From the NCBI RefSeq assembly GCF_006345805.1, contig NC_043006.1, positions 65,782,001-65,846,000 on the forward strand: 64,000 nucleotides of DNA, read 5' to 3'. The translations under genes and the position numbers were made by a program. The stretch comes from Octopus sinensis (taxonomy: Eukaryota). This document shows, in pieces, positions 1-12,203 of this stretch (within the stretch, counting starts at the first letter, position 1; every line of letters starts with the position of its first letter). The notes under the pieces were generated by a model. The model saw only the letters and a program-made list of their open reading frames with translations, was not told the DNA's origin and did not search any database.

Positions 1-3000
1 TACAGTTCTAATGCTGAGTAGGTTTAATTTTTATCAAAACACAAAAGTCAAGAATGGAACTATGTTTAACAAATCAACCGACTTCCAAAATGGTCTGTTA
101 ACTCCATACAGAGTACAGCATATTCCATGTTAATGCACATTAATCCTAGATTTCTGACAGCTGGATAAGAAGTCTGGTTCTGTACTAAAATACATTCTTT
201 TCATATTTATAAACAAACACTAAAAAAGCTGAGTGAGTTGGTATTTTAAAAATGAAGGAAATCTCAAATGCTGGAGAACAGCTGTGAAAACAGAGTATCA
301 GGTAAAATAGAGTCTAGAACAATAACCCCCATGGTCGACAGATGATGATTTAAAACCTGTTAATATATTGGAGAGGGGGTAGTTGTCCTAGGGAGGTAAT
401 TGTCCTAATACTGGTAAAATATACTTATAGATGGAAAAAAAAGGGAGGCAGAGCCAGTAAGAATTATAGTTTAGAGTTAGATTCTCTGTTGCAACTTGCT
501 GGTCACTCTTTTCTATCTATAAGGGGTATTTTACCCATCCCTGTTTTCATAGCTCTTCTTCCTGCATTTGAGATTTCTTTCATTTCTAAAATATTCTTTT
601 TATTGTTGTTATTTAACCCCAGGTTAACCTGATCCAGCAGAATTGTGATCAAAAGTGTTTTATTTATGACCATCCCAACTAATTTTTATTTAGATATATC
701 TAGAAATACATTAAGTGTGTCTTTATTTCCCTTTTTTTTTTTAAGATGGGTGTAATTTGAGGGAAAATGGTTTCTAAATCTTGTATATAATCATCATCAT
801 CGTTTACTGTCCGTGCTGGGAGGGTGGAGAGTTTGACAGGAGCCATTAAGCTAGAGGACTGCACCAAGCTCCAATGTCTCCTTTGGCATGTTACAGTTGT
901 TACAGTTGCATGTCCTCCCTAATGTCAACCACTTCATAGAGTGTACAAGGTGCTTTTTATGTGACTCTAGCACCAGTGAGGCCACCAAGGAACTCGCAAG
1001 ACAAGAACCTCCACTGACCACCCTCCCCCATTGAGTGGGAATGCCAGATAATGAGAGGCTAAAGTATGATAAAGGGACAGAAACAAGTTTTTTTGATATA
1101 GAGGAGATAGATGGCTACTCCAGCTGAAAAGAACAGAAGATGGTCATAAAGAAGTATCAGTGTACCCTCAGGTTACAGAAAGGTGAAGTATAATATGTTG
1201 TTGCTGTTGTTTGTTCCTTCTTGATCCATGCCTGGATCATAAGGGTCAGTTTCCTTGGTGTATAGGTTCCCCACCTGAATGAGACACTGGTCCATCGCAG
1301 GTGAGCAGCTAGGAAAGTTGTGGTGAAAGAGTCAGCAGAAGTTCACCATTACTTTCTTATTTCTTTATTGTTCACAAGGGGACAGACAAAGGGATTAAGT
1401 CGATTACATCGACTGAAGTGTGTCACTGGTACTTAATTTATTGACCCTGAAAGGATGAAAGGCAAAGTCGACCACAGTGGAATTTCAACTCAGAACGTAA
1501 AGGCAGACGAAATACCGCTAAGCATTTTGTCCGGTGTCCTAACAATTCTGCTAGATCGCCGCCTTTACTTTCACCATTACTTTCTGCCAGAGCCATGTGG
1601 AGCTTAGGTGTTTCACTCATAAACACACACATCGCCCGGTCTGAAATTCGAACCCATGTTCCCTCGACCTCGAGTCTGCTACTGTAACCACTAGGCTATG
1701 TGCCTCCACAGAGTATAAGATATAGTGTAATAAATATTAGTTATCATACCTTGATACTGTGTGGACTGAGATTCTCATTGAGAGGCTCCTTGTTATTAAA
1801 TAGAATGTGAACACCAACAGTATACAGATTAGTACCTGCAATCCTCTGTAGCTATTGTAATTGTTGAATATATAAACAAATTGGCTGCTTGTTTCTCAGA
1901 GATCGGTTAGATTGATGTAGACGTCTCTGATGAGAGTCCAATAAGGTTGTCCATAATCCCATTGCACTACCACATCTTGGGCAGGGCAGGGCAGTGTCTT
2001 CTACTATTGCTCCAGACTGACCAAAGCCTTGTGAATGGATTTGGTAGATGTAAACTGAAAGAAGCCTTACGTATATTTATGTGTATGTATGTGTTGTGTC
2101 TGTGTGTCCCCTTGTCTAGATATCACATGATGGTTGTAAATAAGCATCATCATCATCATACAAGCGAGAGTTGTTCATTTCCTGTCTTTCATGGAAAACG
2201 TGTCTTAAAGAAAATATTGCCTTACCTGGAAATGGGAGGGTTGATGACAGGAAGGGCATCCAGCTGTAGAAACTCTGCCATATAAGTCTGACCTCTATCC
2301 TTTGACCTGTCCAGCACAAGAGACCCTATTAGGAGCGCGTGCTTCACTGGGACAGCTTTCAGGATCAGTGAAGCACGTAAGCTAATCTAGTGCTATAAGG
2401 AGTTGCTCTTGTGGTGTTTGAAGAATAAGGAGTAGAGAGGTGTAATGTCTTAGGGAAAAGGGCTGGAACAGAATAGGTTCCTTGTTGTTAAGGGGCTACA
2501 TGGCTATTAACATCATCACCATCATCATTTAACATCCGTGTCCATGCTGGAAGGCTGTACCAGACTTCAGTCTAGTTTGGCATGGTTTTCTACAGCTGGA
2601 TGCCCTTCTTAACGCCAACCACTCTGGGTGCTTTTATGTGCCATTTGCATGACACTGGGGTGCGTATCTGCCACGACTGCGAGGGGGTGGGGTGGGGCGA
2701 GGCGGTGTAGATGGAATTGGATGATAAGATGTCAGAGTGAACTCTCAAGGTTCAAGGTACTTGGCTTCTCAATATTTAATTGCATCTCGTTCTGTTTATC
2801 AGTTCAAATCTCACTGAAGTCTATAAAACAAATACCAGTGATATACTGAGTGTTGATTAAATCTGCTGCATCTCCACAAGAAGCCTGACATGATTGTTCA
2901 ATCTCCTAGAAATATCAGCTAAATTTCCCTCAAATCATATTGTGACTTATAGAAGGAAAGTGCACATAAGTTGAATTAAGTAATCCTTGATACCCTTAGA

Positions 3001-3267
3001 CAGACAGAATAATCAAGTCTGAAACCCCTTTAACCATAAACCTGCATTATCAGTGTTGACCTGGAGCTAAACAGCAACAACAACAACTCTTACTCCCTTA
3101 CTTAAACCCCTCACACCTTGTAGAGAAAGGGTTCTCAACTATTTTTTGCCTGTGGACCCCTTTGATTGCTATTTTATGCTAGTTTTACAGCTACTTTGTT
3201 CAAATTTTCCATTTTTTTTCACATGTTCATTTGTGTAGGTTTGACTGGAAATGTTAAATTATATCGT

Positions 3268-3634
3268 GGCACTCCGTCGGTTACAACGACGAGGGTTCCA
3301 GTTGATCCAATCAATGGAACAGCTTGCTTGTGAAATTGATGTGCAAGTGGCTGAGCACTCCACAGACATGTGTACCATTAACGTAGTTCTCAGAGATTCA
3401 GTGTGACAAGGCTGGCCCCTTTGAAATACAAGTACAACAGAAAGAGGAAGATAGAATGAGAGAAAGTTGTGGTGAAAGAGTACAGCAGTGTTTGCCACCA
3501 CCTCCTGCCAGCGCCACATGGAGGTTTAGGTGTTTTCACTCAATAAACACTCACAACGCCCAGTCATAGAATTGAAACCGCGATCCTACGACAGCGAGTC
3601 CGCTGCTCTAACCACTGGGCCATTGCACCTCCAC
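3268..3634 (-). mobile_element. tRNA-derived SINE, longer family
   Basis: Minus head GTGGAGGTGCAATGGCCCAGTGGTTAGAGCAGCGG...GGTTTCAATTC. Second copy at about 25360-25680, partials at 1590-1710 and 53330-53440. Confidence 0.75.
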
Positions 3635-5291
3635 TTAAATTATATAAACATTAGAGAAAGAAACCAAACTGTTTCCTGCAACACATAAATACATCTAGCA
3701 CAAAATCTTTTCACGGACCCTTAAAATAATATTGTGGATCCTCAGTTTACTATTTTGCTTGCATGGGCCCCATTTGAGAACCACGATTGTAAAGCAAACA
3801 CCATCAGTGACTCTTCTCCCCTGTTTTTGACTAAGGGCTGTCTTTTCTGCTTTTCTTGAATTGGATCCCTACTTTTTCAGCTCTGTCTCAGTATCCTGCC
3901 TTCAGCTATTTTTAGATCATCCTTTGTTCCACCTCTCTTGTGGGTTTCAGGTCAGACCAGGGCCTGACATGTAATGCAAGATGTTGCTTCCCTTGAGGGA
4001 TGACCTATCCATCCCCACTTGTGCTTCAGGACCTGTTCTTCCTTTCATCATCTCATTTCCTCAATTCCCTGAAAGAAGGCCTTTTCTCCCCAGTCTTGTT
4101 GGTTTTGTTTTGTCATTAATGCTTCTGTAACTTTGTGGGTTTTTTCTGCATAGAAGTGTTGGTCCTATGCAAACCTATTTTTACCTCTGGGCAGACGTGG
4201 TCCATATAAGTCTGGCCGAAGTCCTTTGACTTGTCCTGTATGGGAAGCCCTACCAGGAACTTGTGCTCTGCTGGTATACCGCTCAGGATCACTGAACCAC
4301 ACAGGTCCCCACACCATAAAAAGTATTGGACCGTGGGATGGTATACAACAATGACCACCTCTAAAAAAAGTATTTGAAATAGGCAATTTTTTTTTAATTG
4401 CAATTGTTGCTGCTGTCTGAGTAAACAACAAACATCATCATCATCATCCTTGTTTAGCATCAGCTTTCCATGCTAGCATGGGTTGGACGATTTGACTGAG
4501 GACTGGCAAACCAGATGGCTGCACCAGGCTCCAATCTGATCTGGCAGCGTTTCTACAGCTAGATGCCCTTCCTAACACCAACCACTCCGAGAGTGTAGTG
4601 GGTGCTTTTATGTGCCACCGACACGAGGACCAGTCAGGCAGTACTGGCAACGGCCACGCTCAAATGGTGTTTTTTACGTGTCACCTGCACAGGAGCCAGT
4701 CCAGCAGCACTGGTAATGACCTCGCCTGAATGCTTTTTCACATGCCACCGGCACAAGTGTCAGTAAGGTGACACTGGTAACGATCATGCTCAAATGGTGC
4801 TTTTTATGTGCCACTTGGGAAACTCCTATTCACCCCATTCATTAACAACATCCATATGACACTGTAGGAACCTGACAGGATCCAATGGGCTCAAGGACTA
4901 TATTGTGCTCTAGCATCTGCTTTGATATGGCTTCCATGGCTGGATACTCTTTCTAATGCCCAATGCTTTACCACTGTAGTGGGTGGGGTTTTTTGTGTGC
5001 CACCAGAACAAGGGAGGATGCCATGCAGCTTGCAAGACTATGAACCTTAAGTGGAATTGGCCCTACACAAACCAACACCGGTTGTCAAGGGTTGGTGGAG
5101 GAGATATATATACTCAAATACACACATATATACAATTATTTATGACAGGCTTCCTCCTGTCTAAGAAATTCACTCATAATAAATTGATCCAGGGCTATAA
5201 TAGAAGACACTTGCCCAAGGTACCACACGGTGGAACTGAACCTGAAAGCTCATGGTTGCAAAGTAAGCTTCTCAAACACACAACCATGCTT

Positions 5292-5369
<78 letters not shown>

Positions 5370-5878
5370 TTGGAAGAGTTTCTCCTCTTCTCTCACTATT
5401 CTATCCCATTACTCTGTCACTCTCTCTCCCTTGCTCACATGGCTTCCACGTGACCATCAGCCATCTATCTTTTTTCTGTCTCTCCGTTGTAGCTGGAACA
5501 GGGAAGACGTGTTCTTGTTTGTCTCCTGCCCTAGTTTGATTTATGCGTTTGCCACCACAACCTCATTTAGGCTTATAAGCCCTTCCTGTTTGTTTTCACT
5601 GTCTTGTTTGTGTTATTTATTTTGACCCTCTGTGAAATCCCAAATTTCATTTAATTTGCTTTGCGGGAGCAACTGTTTTGTCAAAAGCGTATATTGTTGT
5701 TAAATGCTCAAAATATGAGACTAGAAAAACGGCCAATAACTGACGAAGGGTCGTTCTTTAGGTTGTTTGTTTTGTTTTCCATTTGTGTCTTTCGTTGTTT
5801 GAAAGAATAGTTCATGTTCCATGTACTCGTGCTTCGTATTTTTTGTTGTACACATTTTGTGACGTCCTCTGCCCACAT

Positions 5879-5913
<35 letters not shown>

Positions 5914-7274
5914 CATATAGATATATGTATGTATATATGCATATATTTATATACATATATATATCATTTATATTATATATATGCATATTTATACACATAC
6001 ACATATATGCATACACACACACATGCATATATAGGTGTACAGGATGTCACCAACAGTAAACAACATGAAATACGGAAACAAATGAGTTCAATACACAAAC
6101 AAATGGAAAACAGTTGTCGGCTGTCCATTTACTCCTCATTTCAAGCATTGAACAACAATATGAGTATTTGAAGACAGTTGCTCCCATAAGTACCAAAATA
6201 AAATTTGGGATTTATGGAGTGTCAAAGTTGGGAACAAAAACAGGACAGTGGAGATATACAAAGAAACCAAACAAAAACAAACATGGATACTTACAAGGTG
6301 AGCAGAAGTGTACGTACACCACTCTATATATAAATCCAAAAAATGGAACAAGAACGCAACAGACAACGATAAAACAACCAGACAGATAGACGATACAAGG
6401 ACAGACAGGAAAAAAACAAGGATGGGTCATTCGCAGCCTTCTCTCATCAATCAAGTTTCCAGATCATCCTTATATATATATATAAAGTTAATCATCCTAT
6501 CCTGTCCACCTAGTTATATGCTAACTATACCAGTTTTACTACAATACACATGATTTAACCAGATCTACAAACATTGTGCAGTCGTCGTCATCACCACCAC
6601 CATCATCATCATCATCATCACTACCATCATCATCACCATCATCATCATTAACACAGCAATGAATTATAGGTGATAGGAACAGATCATGCAATTGAATACA
6701 TTACTATTTTTTAGTCCTTCCCACCATCAAGTTATTGGTGTCAACTACTGCTACAGAGTCAATACATACCAGTAAAATGCTAGGATCAATGCCATTTATT
6801 AAATTGAAAATTACTGATTTGGTGCCTGAATTAAAAATAATAAAAATTAATTACTATTCCTGAAAAGGTGGTGAGCTGACAGGACTGACAACACACCAAA
6901 CAAACCGCCTAGTGACATTTTGTTCATTCTTATGTTCCAAGTTCAAATTCCACCGAGGTCAACTTTGTCTTTCATCCTTTCAGGGTTGATTAAATATGTA
7001 TCATTTGAGCACTGGGGTCAATGTAATCAACATGCTTCCACAAAACTTCCAAGATCAAAGATATTATTACTGAAGCACTGAATTCCTAGAACAGAGAATT
7101 TAAAATTACTTAATAGTATTCGGCTGTGTTTGCTTTTTCTCTTTTTTAAAGAAGCATAAAACACAAATGGTACCAGTCATTCACTTGTGGCAAGTCAATG
7201 AACCATGCTTACGGTACACTCTTGTAGAAATATGTCAAGATAATTCTTGTTAGAGAAACACATATGGTAATGTA

Positions 7275-8445
7275 TCAGTAGAATGACAGCAAAATGGCAG
7301 TAGAAAGTGCAGAATGACAACAGAGGATCAGCAGAGACAATGGCAGTAGAGAATCAGTAGAATAACGGCAGCGACTGTATAGGGATAGCAGTATAGGATC
7401 AGTAGAATGGTAGCAGAGACAGTACAGGGAAAGTAGAATAACAGTAGATAATCAGTAGAATGGCAGCAGAGGATTGGTAGAACAACAACAGACTGTACAG
7501 GGACAGTGGAATAACAGTAGAGAATCAGTAGAATAGAAGTAGAGAAGTGCAGAGGGACAGTAGAGACTAATGTGGTAGTAAAATGGCAGAAGAGGATCTG
7601 TAGAATAACAGTAGAACAGCAGTAGAATGACACCGGAGACAGTACAGGGACAGAGCAATAGATCAGCAGAGACTGTACAGGACAGTAGAATAGCAGTAGA
7701 GAATCACTAGGATGACAACAGAGACTGTAGAATGGCAGCAGAGGATCAGTAGAATAACAGCAAAGACTGTAGAGGGACAGTAGAATGACAGCAGAGACTA
7801 CAGAAAGTTGGCGGGATATAGCTGGAAACTAAACAGACTGTAGATTGAAAGCAGGGGCTCCAGTGTGAAAGTGGAATGGCAGCAGAAGGGAGGGTTAAAA
7901 ATGCAGTGTAACAGTAGAATAGGAGCAGCAAAGACTGCAACAGGAGAGCAGAATGGCAGCATGTGCTAAGAAGGCAATAGAATATCAGCAGAGACAAAAG
8001 AGGTGGTGGGCAACAGAGACTGGAAATCCTCCTAAATTGCAGAGAGTCTGCACAGAGATAGAAAACTGTAGGCAAGGACTGCAGGATGAGAGTTGAAAAA
8101 CAGCAGGTACAGTAGAGAGCATCCAGTAAAATGGATGCAGAGAAGTAGAAGGATAGCGGATTAGCAGAAAAAAAAATATATATACAGGGACAGTTGAATG
8201 GTTGCAGAGGGGCAGCAAAATGCTATTTGAGACTGTAGAGGAATAGCAGAATGACAACAGGTGGTGAGTGCCAGTGGAATGGCAACAGAGACCGAATAGT
8301 GACAATAGAATAACAGAAGAGATAGTTAAAATCATAGGAAAACTGTGGCAGACACTGTTGAAGACAATAGTGGAATGGTAAGAGAGAATAGTGAGATAGT
8401 ATAATGGTTGCAGAGTGACGACGGAATGGCTGTGGTCTGATAGAG
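7275..8445 (+). repeat. Degenerate purine-rich minisatellite
   Basis: Recurring CAGTAGAAT(G/A)(A/G)CAG(C/T)AGAG words, strongly A/G-biased on the plus strand. Confidence 0.8.
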
Positions 8446-10059
8446 TAACACTGTCACGGATGTTATATATTACTTTCCCATTAGAAATATTATGAGACAG
8501 GCTTTACCTTTGATGTTATGGAATAAATAAATATATAAACTTGCTTCCCATCCATGTGGTCTTCGGTTCAACACTATAGGCAAATGTCTTCTCCTCTAGC
8601 CCCGGGAGCACCAAAGTCTTGTGAGTGGATCTGGTACACGGAAACTGAAAGAAGTCTATCACGCCCGCGCCTGTGTGCGTTTGTTTGTTTGTTTTCCAAT
8701 ACCGTTTGAAAACCTGCATTGGTTTATTTACATCCTCTCAACTTACTGATCTGGTAAGTGGCCGACGCCACACTTTTTATGTACCACACTTTAAAAAAAA
8801 AGAAGTACTGTGATCGATTCGTTTGACTGAACACTTCAAGGCGGTGCTCCAGCATGGCCACAGTCCTACGACTGAAACAAGTAAAAGATTGAATGATAAA
8901 GAAACTGAAGCCTGTTAGAATTAGTCATCCACGAAGAATGAAGTGTTGCAGTATTGAGTTATCTCCCTTGACACACTGATTTCATATCCTAACTCAGTCA
9001 ACTTTGCCTTACATAAAAGTTTTATGAAACTTCAGGCCATGGGCCAAAATTTGAAACCATTATCGTTGTTGTTGTTGTTGATGATTTATAGGATCATTAG
9101 CACCGTTGACAAAGTGCCTTGTGGAAATTTCTTCTTAAGATCAGCTTTCATTGCTTTAGCTTATTATCTTGCTCTTCCAGTTTCCTTTCATTTGCATCTC
9201 CTAGCATTTCATTACTCATCTATCATCAGCCATATACGTTACACATACGCACCAACACAGTTTTTACTCCCAGTTTTTCTCTCCATTAACGCCATGACGT
9301 TTATCAAACTAGCATTTCACATCTACACAATCGTAGATATATTTTTCTCCAACCTTTGCGCGTCCTCTGCATTCACTGCCTACGTCGATTTGTCTTAACA
9401 ACATCAGTTTGTACACAAGCATTGTACAATCTAACCTTTGCTTGGAAAGAGACTCCCCTTGTTGTCAGCAGAGATAATAGCAACTTGAACTTTATACACC
9501 TCACTTTAACGACTATTCTCTCCGAACATCCTCGTCTAAGAAACAGAAATTAGCAACTGCATCTAAAGAGCCTTTAATCATGTATAGCATGATGTCTAAA
9601 TTATCGAGTTGTGTGTATGTGTGATGCAATAGAAACCTCTGATTGAGCATGTCAATTCAAGTTTCATGTCTTGAAAAGAGATTCTGCAGGTTTATATGTT
9701 TTTAATCGGCATAAAACTCACAAACATAACATCATTTATAGACAAAATGAGAAAAAGCAGAGAAAGAAATAAGGGCAATAACTCTTAGTAGACAAAAATA
9801 AGTTATGCCCCTTAGTCTGCATATTGAGAAGAGCCGCATTACAAAGTTTAAATAATAAAACTTGCATGTGCGCACAAATACATGATTTACCGTATATACA
9901 CGTGTCAAAGTTGAAATTTTTAGACAATTCTTTAAGGTCAAATTTATGGGGTCGACTATTACACGGATACTACTTTTGAGGGGCTGAAATTCAAGCTAGT
10001 ATCCGAAGTACCGTATCAGCAGCGAAACCCAACTGATGACGACAATGATAATGATGATA

Positions 10060-10350
10060 ATGATGATACAATCCATTAAAAGATGAAATTGCATGAAGTG
10101 GGTAATGAAGGAAGTAATTGTCATCTGGGTAGTTGTAGGAACACTGGGATCATTAACAACCAAGTTTGAGAAGTGTGTTGGAGACCTTGGGATAGACATC
10201 AGGTAGTATATGCTCAGAAAACCGCTCTCTTGAGGACAGGAAGAATTTTGAGATTGTTGTTTTTGGATGTCAAGTATCGTGGAAAGAAACTCTGTTTCTG
10301 TTCGCTCTTGAAAAGTTAATTAGTGTAAGTGAAATCGAGATTTCAGAAGT
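10060..10350 (+). mobile_element. R4/Dong-like (RLE-type) LINE C-terminal relic
   Basis: EVIVIWVVVGTLGSLTTKFEKCVGDLGIDIR..AQKTALLRTGRILR resembles the VIPIVVGALG...LQKxALLGTARILR C-terminus. Confidence 0.6.
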
Positions 10351-10667
10351 GAAAAAGAAATATGCTTGCAGCATATCCTGTGCATACATTTTGGTCATTG
10401 TGATGTGGCACCCATCAACGCATGTGCAGTGCTCGCTATTAAATGGTGTTTTATTATAAGCACCGAGCATTCCATTATAAGTACCAAGCATTCTACCCAC
10501 AGAACAGGCTACAGTAAAGTAGCCACAGAGTTTTGTAACAGTGTTATTTCTACGTGCAGAATAATACGGTGCCTGTTGTTCGTGAAATACTAGGGTCGAA
10601 TTTTATACAGAGCCTATGGAAAATTCCCAATTTTTGGGGCAAAACTAGAGGGTATATACAGTATAGG

Positions 10668-10705
<38 letters not shown>

Positions 10706-11083
10706 ATATAGTTGAAATTTACAGTTAAACCAGAGACGAAGACAGGCGTATGAACAACAAACAGGTGTATTAGTTTGACACTTGGGAAAGTGACAAATTT
10801 TTTTACGTTTTGAGCCTACACTCTTCAATAGAAAGGAATATGAGAAAATATACAGAGAGAGAATAAAATACTTGTGGAATTAGCAGTCAAGCATGGCAAA
10901 TGATTGAAGGGCAACCAGATCGTATCATCTCAAGTGTAACTGCCTGAAATGGTCGTGACTTCTGGAATTTGACTGAGGAAAGAAAGCCACAATTGACCTG
11001 ACTTTTTTTGCCTGTCCTTCTAATTGATATTTCTCTTGTCCGCCTTTGTATCATCTGTCCAAATGTTTTAATGTCCTCTATTG

Positions 11084-11116
<33 letters not shown>

Positions 11117-11285
11117 AATAATAGTTATCGCCATACTAATATGGCATTCTTATAAAAATAAGAAAAAAGCTGTCCGCTTATTAGCTCCATGAGGCCATCG
11201 CCTAAGTTAGCTATTTGATACACAAACTGTATCCATATAACCTTCGAACAAGGGAGGTCAGTCGCTCCACACTACTTGACCGGCA

Positions 11286-11327
11286 GCTACAGACGCGTTT
11301 CGGGGTATTGCCCCTTTTCAATGCAGC
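11286..11327 (-). ncRNA. Minimal type-I hammerhead ribozyme (U3-A8 core variant), copy 1
   Basis: Minus: GCTGCA-TTGAAAA-GGGG caata CCCC-GAA-ACGCGT-C-TGTAGC. 6-bp stem I, 4-bp stem II, palindromic stem III, GUC site. Confidence 0.8.
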
Positions 11328-11647
11328 GTAGCCAGCCAGTAGGTGTCGCTTCCGACAATCTCTGTTCGATGGTTTTATTTACCTAGTTTCGGTGGAATAC
11401 ATCCACTTGTTTTCAATAATAGAAATATTAAAATAACTAAGTCTCTCTAAAAGAGAACAGCGGCAGCGTTCCCGGAAAATAATAGTTATCGCCATACTAA
11501 TATGGCATTCTTATAAAAATAAGAAAAAAGCAGTCCGCTTATTAGCTCCATGAGGCCATCGCCTTAAGTTAGCTATTTGATACACAAACTGTATCCATAT
11601 AACCTTCGAACAAGGGAGGTCAGTCGCTCCACACTACTTGACCGGCA

Positions 11648-11689
11648 GCTACAGACGCGTTTCGGGGTATTGCCCCTTTTCAATGCAGC
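11648..11689 (-). ncRNA. Minimal type-I hammerhead ribozyme (U3-A8 core variant), copy 2
   Basis: Motif identical to copy 1, 362 nt away. Confidence 0.8.
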
Positions 11690-12154
11690 GTAGCCAGCCA
11701 GTAGGTGTCGCTTCCGACAATCTCTGTTCGATGGTTTTATTTACCAGTTTCGGTGGAATACATCCACTTGTTTTCAATAATAGAAATATTAAAATAACTA
11801 AGTCTCTCTAAAAGAGAACAGCGGCAGCGTTCCCGGAAAATAATAGTTATCGCCATACTAATATGGCATTCTTATAAAAATAAGAAAAAAGCTGTCCGCT
11901 TATTAGCTCCATGAGGCCATCGCCTTAAGTTAGCTATTTGATACACAAACTGTATCCATATAACCTTCGAAAGTTATATGGATACAGTTTGTGTATCAAA
12001 TAGCTAACTTAAGGCGATGGCCTCATGGAGCTAATAAGCGGACAGCTTTTTTCTTATTTTTATAAGAATGCCATATTAGTATGGCGATAACTATTATTTT
12101 CCGGGAACGCTGCCGCTGTTCTCTTTTAGAGAGACTTAGTTATTTTAATATTTC

Positions 12155-12197
<43 letters not shown>

Positions 12198-12203
12198 ATA
12201 TAT

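Larger units (their letters stand above)
11115..12160 (-). mobile_element. 361-bp tandem repeat (2 full units + partial + inverted arm) with hammerhead motifs; retrozyme/Penelope-like
   Basis: Unit starts AAAATAATAGTTATCGCC at 11115, 11476 and 11837. Units are nearly identical. Fold-back at 11965-11972; (TA)n on both sides. Confidence 0.8.

Noticed and set aside
6421-6460. TTGATGA...GAAT motif (related copy near 10975-11000) as a hammerhead
   Set aside because: No GAAA and no convincing stems I-III.
7328-8335. Leu/Tyr/Cys/Ser-rich minus-strand ORFs
   Set aside because: Low-complexity translations of the purine-skewed minisatellite.
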